A stretch of 61,704 bases of DNA, counting the filler. It is 4 parts of 4 records of this genome, joined end to end, with 100 filler letters (N's around TTAATTAATTAA, not from the genome) between each part and the next. Parts side by side here need not be neighbours in the genome. Positions count along the whole stretch, not along the records: positions 1 to 19,214 come from SRR20825006_1423; 3 more parts are not named here. The stretch is one strand, 5' to 3'. Below the pieces are notes generated by a model that had not been told where the DNA came from, made no database searches, and was given only the letters and a program-made list of their open reading frames with translations. Shown here one piece after another: positions 1 to 8,500 of this stretch (position 1 is its first letter; each line of letters starts with the position of its first letter). The translations under genes were made by a program, and so were the position numbers.

Positions 1-1797
1 GTCCCTGTCGATCAGAAGCTGTGCGTAGCCTCCCTCGGGCAACGCCTCCACCAGCGCCTTCTGGCTGACGACGAGCCCGACCTTTGCTTCCCCGATCATA
101 TAACCGAGGCGCTCGGCAGGCAGGTCCGGGTCCAGCGGCAGATAAGCCCCGCCTGTCTTCAGGATGGAGAGCATGGCAACAACGAGATCAATGCCGCGCT
201 CAAGACAGAGCCCGATGACGGCACCGGGTTCGGGCGCGTAGTGCGCATCGATATAAGCCGCGAGCTTGCCTGCGCGGTCATCAAGCTGCGCATAGCTCAG
301 CGTGGTCTCACCAAAGCGCAGCGCCGGCGCATCGGGGGTAGCCGCAACGATCTCTTCGAAGAGATCGGTCAGCGATGCTTCACGCGGATAGGGGGAGGCT
401 CCCCCGGCCCAGCCTGCAAGCTCGGCCCGTTCTGCGCGGGTCAGCAGCGGCAGGGTACCGACGGGGGCTTCGGGCGCCGAGAGCAGACCTTCCAATAGCC
501 GTTCGAGATGGCTGCAAAGACGCGTCATGGCTTCGGCGCTGAACAGACCGGTGCTGTAGATCAGGTTGAGGATCAGGCCGTCGCCGTCTTCCGCGAATTC
601 GAAGATCAGGTCGTATTTCGCTGCTTCCGGTCCTGCCTCGAAGGGGCCGATCTGCAGGTCCGCGACGCGGGAGCTTGCCGCGGGAACGTTTTGCAGGGCG
701 ACCAGAACATCGAACAGGGGTGCCCGGGCGGCGTCGCGTTCCAGATCCAGATCGTCGATCAGATGTTCCAGCGAGTAATTTTGATGGGCGAAGGCTTCGT
801 AGGCGGTGCGTGCCACCTGATCGAGCAGGGTGGTGAAGCCGTCGCCGGGATCAATCTCGTCCCGCAGGGCGACGACATTCATGAACAGCCCGACGACTGT
901 TTCCAGCTCCGGCCGGTTTCGTCCGGCGACGGGCGTGCCGACCGTGATGTCACGCTGGCCGCAATACCGGTAGAGCAGCGTCTTGACCAGCGCGGTCAAG
1001 GCCATGAAGAGGGAGCTGCTCTGGTCCGTGGCCAGCATTTTCAGGGCCTGAACCTGGATCGGGTCGAATGCGTGCCGGAGGGTTGCAGCAGGTGCCAGCA
1101 TGCGGCGCGGGCCGGGCATGTCGGCGGGCAGCTCCAGCAGCTCCGGGTCCGCCAGCTTTTGCATCCAGTAGGCTCTTGCTTCCTCCATCGCCTCGCAGGC
1201 TTCGGGCGAGTGCTGCCATGCGGCATAGTCGCCGTAGTTCCGGCGGGGCGCGGGTAGTGCCAGCTCCGCGCCCGAGACATGGGCCTGGTAGCGCAGCGCG
1301 AGTTCTTGCTGCAGCAGTTCCATCGACCATGCGTCCGCAATGATGTGATGGACGATCAGGGCGAGCACCCAGTCCCCGTCGCCGAGCTTGCAGAGACGGA
1401 CACGCCACAAAGGCGTCCGGGAGAGAGCGAAGGGGGCGGCGAGATCCTCCCGGAGAAGGGCGCGGCACGCCGCCTCCGGATCCGTCGTTCCACTGACGTC
1501 GCTTTGCCTGATGGGCGCGGATATGTGTGGCTCGACGATCTGCCGGAGCGCGCCGTCCTGCATCTCGAAGCGGGTCCGCAACATCTCGTGCCGGGCCATG
1601 ATGCCGTCGATGGTGGCCGTCAGGGCGGGCAGGTCGAGAGGGCCGCGCACTCTGAGAGCACGGGTAATGACATAGGCGTCAATGGACCGGTCCATCTGGG
1701 ACAGGATCCAGAGGCGCTGTTGCGCAAACGAGCCGGGATAGGACTGCTTCGTGCCCGACTCGACATCATCCACCGGATAGAATTCCAGCGTGGTCAT
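1..1797 (-). CDS. NRPS, condensation domain plus start of adenylation domain; runs off the window edge (absent from the ORF track)
   Basis: ATG at 1797 overlaps the upstream TGA (ATGA). Manual translation MTTLEFYPVDD...SFAQQRLWILSQM...RHEMLRTRF...HHIIADAWS...LSYAQLD...ILKTGGAYLPLDP; frame is open to position 1. Confidence 0.93.
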   Translation of the reverse strand, partial: MTTLEFYPVDDVESGTKQSYPGSFAQQRLWILSQMDRSIDAYVITRALRVRGPLDLPALTATIDGIMARHEMLRTRFEMQDGALRQIVEPHISAPIRQSDVSGTTDPEAACRALLREDLAAPFALSRTPLWRVRLCKLGDGDWVLALIVHHIIADAWSMELLQQELALRYQAHVSGAELALPAPRRNYGDYAAWQHSPEACEAMEEARAYWMQKLADPELLELPADMPGPRRMLAPAATLRHAFDPIQVQALKMLATDQSSSLFMALTALVKTLLYRYCGQRDITVGTPVAGRNRPELETVVGLFMNVVALRDEIDPGDGFTTLLDQVARTAYEAFAHQNYSLEHLIDDLDLERDAARAPLFDVLVALQNVPAASSRVADLQIGPFEAGPEAAKYDLIFEFAEDGDGLILNLIYSTGLFSAEAMTRLCSHLERLLEGLLSAPEAPVGTLPLLTRAERAELAGWAGGASPYPREASLTDLFEEIVAATPDAPALRFGETTLSYAQLDDRAGKLAAYIDAHYAPEPGAVIGLCLERGIDLVVAMLSILKTGGAYLPLDPDLPAERLGYMIGEAKVGLVVSQKALVEALPEGGYAQLLIDRD

Positions 1798-3653
1798 GGC
1801 CGGGCTCCCGCTTTGCCGCTTTGTTGTCGCGACCGGTCCTCCTGGATGCCGGCCGTTACCAGTTCCGGCTCGGCCACTGGACTGTTTCCGGCGCCGCGTG
1901 CGGTCAGCGCCCGGGCGAGGCCGCGCACGGTGCCGTCCGGGAACAATTCCTGAAGCTTCACCTCGATCCCGAATGTCTGGTAGACGCGCGACAGAACGCG
2001 GATCGCCTTCAGGGAGTCGCCGCCGAGATCGACGAAGCTATGCGTGACGCCAACCTTCGGAAGCTCAAGCACCTCACCCCAGAGCGCGGCCAGGCTGCTT
2101 TCGGTTTCGTTCGCGGAGGCGACATAGGGGGCGTCGAGATAGAGCAGGTCGACGGGCGGGGGCAGGGCCCGGCGGTCCACCTTTCCATGCAGGTTCAGCG
2201 GGAACTGATCCATTTCGACGAAATGGGCTGGCTGCATGCTTGGCGGCAGCCAGTCGCCGAGATGCTGGCGGATCTCGGACCCGGTGAGGGGCGTAGCGGA
2301 AATGTAATAGGCGGTGAGGCTTGGTTCCCGTGCCGCCGGGCGGTGCGCGATGACGATCGCGGCCGTGATGGCCGGATGATGCCGGATCGCGGCCTCGACT
2401 TCGGCAAGCTCGATCCGGATGCCGTTGATCTTGACCTGATCGTCTTTCCGGCCCAGCAGCTCGACCGTATGGTCGCCCATATAGCGGCCGATATCGCCGC
2501 TGCGATAGACGATATCCGGTGTGTCCGGGGTTAACGGATTCTGCACGAAAACCCCGGACATGAGGTCCGGCGCGCCAAGATACCCCTTGCTCATGAACGG
2601 CGTCTTGATGAAGACCTCGCCGATCTCTCCCGCATCGCAAAGCTCGCCATCCTTAACCACCAGCAGGGCGCTGTTGGGCAGGGGCTTGCCAACAGGTACC
2701 ATGCGCCCCGGCTCGGCCGGCGTATCCCCGATCCGGTGGAAGGCCTTGGCGAGTGTGGTCTCGGACGGGCCGTAGAGATTGGTGAGGTGGACACTGTCTC
2801 CCATGAGCGTCCGCCAGCGCCGGATGTCGGCGCCGTAAAGCGGCTCGCCGGCCAGCAGAAGATCGCTGAGGCAAGGTAGTCGCGAGCTGGAAGCGGTGCC
2901 AGCTTCCAGCTCCGTCATGAACTCGCGGAACAGGGACGGCACGCAATGTGTCAGCGTGATCCGGGCATCCTCGAGCCAGGACAGCAGATGCCGGCTGCTG
3001 CCGCGCGCCTCCTCCGGCGGAATGCAGAGGGTCCCGCCCGCCAGCAGGGGCGTCAGGATATCGCGCAGGCTGACATCGAAGGTGGCGGGCGCGAGCTGGC
3101 TGATCCGGGTCTCCGTGCCGAGGCCGAATTCGCCAATTTCCCAATGCAGGAAATGGCTGAGCCCCTTCTGGCTGCCGAGGATCGCTTTCGGCGTTCCGGT
3201 TGAGCCCGAGGTGAAGACGATATAGCTGGCATCGTCGCCCCCGGTTGTGATGTCCGGATTTTCCGTCCGGTCGAGCGGCAGGTCCGCGAGGCGTTTAATC
3301 GGGGCGCCGGTCGCGAGTTCCGCCGTCTTGCCGGAGATCACGAGGGCAGGGGCGGCGACGGACAGGATATGTGCCTGACGCTGGGACGGTGCGGTGAGAT
3401 CCAGCGGCAGGAAGATACCGCCCGCCTTGGCCACGGCGAGCAGGGCAATCACATAATCCACTCCGGCGGGAAGATGCAGGGCAACAACATCGCCCGTTTT
3501 CAGACCATGTTCCGTCAGTCCATGGGCCACCCGGTTGGCGGCCTCATTCAACGCCTGATAGGTGATCGTGCGGCCGGGCTCCTCGATGGCGGTCCGGGGG
3601 CCGTTCTGTGCGGCGACATGCTCGAAAACGCTGTGCGGAATGAGTTTGTTCAT
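1794..3653 (-). CDS. Stand-alone NRPS adenylation-thiolation (A-T) didomain
   Basis: Motifs YIVFTSGSTGTPK, NLYGPSE, YRSGD, GRKDDQVKINGIRIEL, HGKVDR and carrier motif LGGDSL. Start moved from 3689 to ATG 3653, which has AAGGA upstream. Confidence 0.92.
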   Translation of the reverse strand: MNKLIPHSVFEHVAAQNGPRTAIEEPGRTITYQALNEAANRVAHGLTEHGLKTGDVVALHLPAGVDYVIALLAVAKAGGIFLPLDLTAPSQRQAHILSVAAPALVISGKTAELATGAPIKRLADLPLDRTENPDITTGGDDASYIVFTSGSTGTPKAILGSQKGLSHFLHWEIGEFGLGTETRISQLAPATFDVSLRDILTPLLAGGTLCIPPEEARGSSRHLLSWLEDARITLTHCVPSLFREFMTELEAGTASSSRLPCLSDLLLAGEPLYGADIRRWRTLMGDSVHLTNLYGPSETTLAKAFHRIGDTPAEPGRMVPVGKPLPNSALLVVKDGELCDAGEIGEVFIKTPFMSKGYLGAPDLMSGVFVQNPLTPDTPDIVYRSGDIGRYMGDHTVELLGRKDDQVKINGIRIELAEVEAAIRHHPAITAAIVIAHRPAAREPSLTAYYISATPLTGSEIRQHLGDWLPPSMQPAHFVEMDQFPLNLHGKVDRRALPPPVDLLYLDAPYVASANETESSLAALWGEVLELPKVGVTHSFVDLGGDSLKAIRVLSRVYQTFGIEVKLQELFPDGTVRGLARALTARGAGNSPVAEPELVTAGIQEDRSRQQSGKAGARP

Positions 3654-3672
3654 GAATGCGGTCCTTGATGGC

Positions 3673-5544
3673 TCACAGAGGGGGGACATCGAAACACTCC
3701 CGAAAGATTTCGAAGGAGAGGACGATCATCAGCAGATCGGGCTCGAAAGTGGTGTTCAGCCGGAAGCCGGGGTGCCGGTAGCGGGTTTTCAGGCGCTCCA
3801 CCGTGTCGGCGTTGAAATAGCCGGCGCGCCTGATCCGGTCATGGCTCAGCAGGTCTTCGACCCAGGCGACGCCCTCCTGCAGCAGGGAGGCGCTTGAAGG
3901 CGCGACGAAACCGAATTTCTCGCGCCTGGTGATTTCCGGCGGCAGGCGATGCGCGGCGAGCCGCCGCAACGGATATTTTTCCGTCATGTCACGCACCAGA
4001 CAGTCCGGCGATGCGGTCCGGACCCACTCGATAACGTCAGGATCGAGAAACGGGTAACGGGCCTCGACCGAATGAGCGTAGGCGACCCGGTCGCCGTGAT
4101 CGGACAACAGATGATCGGCCAGACGGAGTTTGAAATCCGCATAGGAACGCTGGTGCAGAGGATGCCGGCCTTTCATCCTGGCGCTGTCGAGGGGGGCATT
4201 CCGGCAGCAGTCGAAAGAGGCCAGACCGGCGGCGACATCCGGTGCGTAGAAAGCGGCCTTGGTCTCGGCAAACGCGCCATAATCGCGCTCATAGAAGAAG
4301 CCGGGATCGCCCCAGAGACGTTCCTGGGTCTCCCGGTTGAGCTGGGCTTCCAGACTGAAATCATCCGCCGCGCCATGGCGCTGCTGGTCGAGGCGATAGC
4401 CGACATAGCCGCCGAACAGTTCGTCCGCGCCCTCTCCGGTCAGAACCACCTTCAGGGCATTGCCGCGCACCAGACCCGAAAGGGCGAGCGAGCAGGTATT
4501 GTAGGTTTCCTTGAGGGGTGCCTCGGCATGCCAGATCGCCTGACGCAGGCGGCTCTGGATAGCGTCGCTGTCGAAAATCTCGGTGTGATGACGGGCGCCG
4601 ACCTGGCGGGCCATCAGGTTCTGCATGGCCCGCTCGTCGATCAGCGTGTCGGTGAAGCCGATCGAGAAAGCGTGCCTGGCGCGGTTCAGATAATGAGCGT
4701 CGTCATGTTCGCTGATCAGGCTGGCGATCAACGAGGAGTCGAGACCGCCGCTCAGATAGAAACCGACATCCACATCGGCCTGCAGGCGCCGGGCGACGGA
4801 GGTGCGCAGCCGGTCTTCCAGATCCTGGTAATCAGGCTCCGCCGCCGGATCCAGATCCTTTGCCAGCGGATAGTCGAGATCCCAGTAAGACTTAACGGTG
4901 AGCCTGCCCTCTTCCAGGGTGAGCAGATGTCCCGGCGGCAGACTGCGCACGTCGGCGAACAGGCTGTTCGGGCTGACCGGGCCTGGGAAGGTCAGCACCT
5001 GGTCCAGTCCAGTCATGTCGACCCGGCGGCTGACCATCGGGTGTTCCAGCAGCGCCTTGATCTCGGAGGCGAACAGAAGAACGCCGTCGCGATAGACATA
5101 GAAAAGCGGCGCGATGCCCGCCTGGTCCCGTCCGAGCAGCAGACGGTCCCGCGCCCGGTCATGCAGCGCGAAGGCGAACTGGCCATTCAGCCGCTCGACG
5201 AAGGAGGGGCCGTATTCCTCGTAAAGATGCACCAGCACCTCCACGTCGACCTGCGCCCGGAAGCAGTGTCCCCGGCGGATGAGATCGTCGCGCAGCTCCC
5301 GGTGATTATAGATCTCCCCGTTACAGACGAGGGTGATTGCATCGTCTTCATTGCGGATCGGCTGGTCTCCGCCATCCAGATCTATGATCGCAAGACGGCG
5401 AAACCCGAGCGCCAGACCGGGCGCGCAGGTGTACGTCTCCTTGTCCGGCCCCCGGTGCGCCAGCGTGTCGGTCATGCGCCGCAACAGGACCATGTCGAAC
5501 GGGGCGGGCGCATCAGGGCTATGGCATCCGACGAAACCGCACAT
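3673..5544 (-). CDS. asnB: Asparagine synthetase (glutamine-hydrolysing)-like amidotransferase embedded in the assembly-line operon
   Basis: N-terminal MCG (Ntn nucleophile Cys), HRGPD, NGEIYN, LSGGLDSS (PP-loop), GEGADELFGGY, EARYPFLD. Confidence 0.93.
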   Translation of the reverse strand: MCGFVGCHSPDAPAPFDMVLLRRMTDTLAHRGPDKETYTCAPGLALGFRRLAIIDLDGGDQPIRNEDDAITLVCNGEIYNHRELRDDLIRRGHCFRAQVDVEVLVHLYEEYGPSFVERLNGQFAFALHDRARDRLLLGRDQAGIAPLFYVYRDGVLLFASEIKALLEHPMVSRRVDMTGLDQVLTFPGPVSPNSLFADVRSLPPGHLLTLEEGRLTVKSYWDLDYPLAKDLDPAAEPDYQDLEDRLRTSVARRLQADVDVGFYLSGGLDSSLIASLISEHDDAHYLNRARHAFSIGFTDTLIDERAMQNLMARQVGARHHTEIFDSDAIQSRLRQAIWHAEAPLKETYNTCSLALSGLVRGNALKVVLTGEGADELFGGYVGYRLDQQRHGAADDFSLEAQLNRETQERLWGDPGFFYERDYGAFAETKAAFYAPDVAAGLASFDCCRNAPLDSARMKGRHPLHQRSYADFKLRLADHLLSDHGDRVAYAHSVEARYPFLDPDVIEWVRTASPDCLVRDMTEKYPLRRLAAHRLPPEITRREKFGFVAPSSASLLQEGVAWVEDLLSHDRIRRAGYFNADTVERLKTRYRHPGFRLNTTFEPDLLMIVLSFEIFRECFDVPPL

Positions 5545-5546
5545 GT

Positions 5547-8500
5547 CTAGAACACCTCGTCGAGATTGAGGGCGCTGGAGAGGAAGTCGGCCTTCTCGGT
5601 TTCTGATCCTCCGGTCTCTCTTCCGAGGCGGGCGCAGAGGGCGCGGACGTTCTGTTCCGGGTTTGCCGCCACGCTTCTGAGCAGGATCAGGTAATTCTCA
5701 GCCAATGCCCGGACCCGCGCTTCTTCATACCGTTCAAGGTTGTAGGAAAACTCCATGGCAAGGCCGGTCGAAGCGTCGTTGACCATGACGTTCAGGTCGA
5801 AGAGAGCGCTTTCGTTTTCGAGAAGGAAGCTCTCCAGCGTTAGATCGCCGAGCCGCAGGTCGAGATCCTGACTTGGCATCAGATTGAGCATGACCTCGAA
5901 AAGCGGTGTCTGCTTCTCGCCGAGGACCGCCAGATCCTCGACCAGCCGGTCGAACGGATAGGATTGATGCGCGAAGGCCTCGGTCACGGTCGTGCGGACG
6001 CGCCGCAGCAGATCCTTGAAACTTTCGCGCCGGGTGACGTGATCGCGCAGAACCAGATTGTTGAGGTACAACCCGATCTGGCCTTCAAGCTCCGCCTGTT
6101 CGCGGCCGGCCACCGGGGTGCCGACAATAATGTCGTCCTGGCCGCTCGCCTGATGCAGCAGGACCTTGAAGGCTGCGGTCAACAGCGTGAACAGGGTGAT
6201 CTTCTGATCGCGGCACAGATCGAGCAACAGATCGCGTTCGGCCCGCTCCAGCGTCACGAAAATCTGGCCGCCGCTGAAGCCGTGTTCCTGGCCTTCAGTA
6301 TAGTCTCTGGCGAGCCCGAGAGAGGGGCGTTCGCCCTGAAGTCTGTCCAGCCAATAGGCGCGATGAGATGCCATGGCCGCGCTTTCCGCACCGCTGGTCT
6401 GCCAGACCGCGAAGTCCCGGTATTGCAGCTTCAGGGGAGGGTGCGCGGGGGCGCTGCCGTCACGGAAGGCGCTGTAGGCCTCGTGCAGCTCGCGCATCAG
6501 GATATTCAGGCTCAGACCGTCGCAGACGATGTGATGCAGGCTGATCAGCAGCACGTGGTCGTCCGCGGAAAGGGACAGTAGTTCGGCGCGAAGAAGCGGA
6601 GGCTGGGTCAGATCGAAAGGCCGCCGGGCTTCCGCGCGGGCCGCCGCGCGCGCTTCGGCGACGGGATCCTCTGCTTTCGAGATATCCCTGACCGGGAGCA
6701 TGAAAGGCAGGCCGTCCCGGATTTCCTGACGCGGCATGCCCTCACGCATCACGAAGGCGGTGCGCAGGCTTTCGTGGCGGCTGAGGATGTGCGCGAAAGC
6801 CGCACGCAACGCTTCGGCATCAAGCGGGCCGCGCAGGCGCATATTGTAGGCCATGTTGTAGGCGACCGACGCATCCTCGGATTGCGACAGGATCCACAGC
6901 CGTTTCTGGCCGTGCGTCAGCGGGTAATCCCGTGCTGGAACCGCGGGCAGGATGATGTCCATGCTCCGGTCTCCGTCCGCGTCATTGCCTGCCCCGATGG
7001 TGCCGTCTGCCATAAGCCGGGCCGTAAGACCGGCCACGGTCGGGTGCTCGAACAGGGCGCGCACTTCGAGACGGCTGTTGAAATGGCGGTTGATTTGCGC
7101 GATCAGGCGGGTGCCGAGCAGGGAATCCCCGTTCAGGGCAAAGAAATCGTCATGCGGGCCGACCTGCTCGAGCCCGAGAGCCGCGCACCAGAGCGCCGCC
7201 ATTTCCGCTTCCGGCCCGCTATCCGGACGCTCGTCGATGCTGCCAATGTGCTTTCCGGTTTCAGGCAAAGGCGATTGATGCCCGCGTGCCTGACGGTCCG
7301 CGAGATCGGTGGTGGAGACGGCGACCTGACCGGAGAAACATCCGTTGAACAGAAATTCGAAGGCTGCCCGGCCCTCGTCCGGCGTGATGGACGCATTCTG
7401 CAAGCGGCTTTCGAAGGCGGACTGACCGGTGGAGGCTGCCTCAAAATCCCAGCCGTCCCAATTCACGCTGATCCATGTGGCTTTGCTCGTCCGTTGCCGT
7501 TCCCTGGCCGTGGCATCGAGCACGCTGTTGGCGCCTGCATAGGCGGCGAAACCGAGCCCGCCGAGCACTGCCGACAATGAGGAGAAGAGCATGAAGAAGT
7601 CGGGCGGTACCTCGGCGAAGGCCTGCTCAAGCGCGGCGAGGCCGCCGACCTTGGCATGGAACGCCGCCGCACGGTCGGCCGGTGTGAGGGCGCGGATCTC
7701 GCGATAGGTTTCAGAAGCGGGCAGGGCCGCTGCATGGATCACCCCGTCGATCCGGCCGAACGTCTCTTCGGCGAGGATTTTGGCGCGGCTCATGTCATCC
7801 GGATCGGCAATATCGGCGCGGATCATGAGCACCCGGCCGCCGCTCTGCTCGATGGCGGCGATGCGCCCGGATTGTGCGTCCGTCGGGGCCGACCGTCCGA
7901 TCAGCACCAGCCGGGCCTCGACACGCTCGGCGAGATATTCCGCCAGCAGCATGCCGATCCGGCCAAGACCGCCGGTGATCAGATAGACGCCCTTGTGCCG
8001 CAATCGTTTCGGCAGTCCCTCGCCGGGCAGGGGCGCGGGCGCAGGCTCGAAAAGCTGGCCCCAGCGGTAACGGCCCCGCAAGGCGACGCGCCGGGCGGTA
8101 CCGGGAGCGGCCAGCTCTTGAACCAGCGTGTCGAGGCAAATGTTCCGCGTGATGCCTTCACCGTCCGGAACGACGATATCGATGCTCCGGCAGGAGATGT
8201 GCGGGAGTTCCTGGGGAATGACCAGTACCGGCCCCATCGCGGCGGCGGCATGCGGGCTGAGGTCTTCTTCGCCATTCACCTCCTCGACACCACGGCAGAC
8301 CAGAGTGATCTCCACCGGCTCATCGGCCCGGCGCTCCGCAAGGGCCTGCGCGGTGGCGATCAGGCTTTGAAAGACAAGAGTGTCGCGATCCGGCATGTCC
8401 GCGCGGAGCGACCAGAGATGCACGATATGGCCGGGTGTAATACCGGCGCCGGCAAGAGTGTCCAGCAAAGTGACGAAATCCTGCCAGGCGCCGGGACGCA

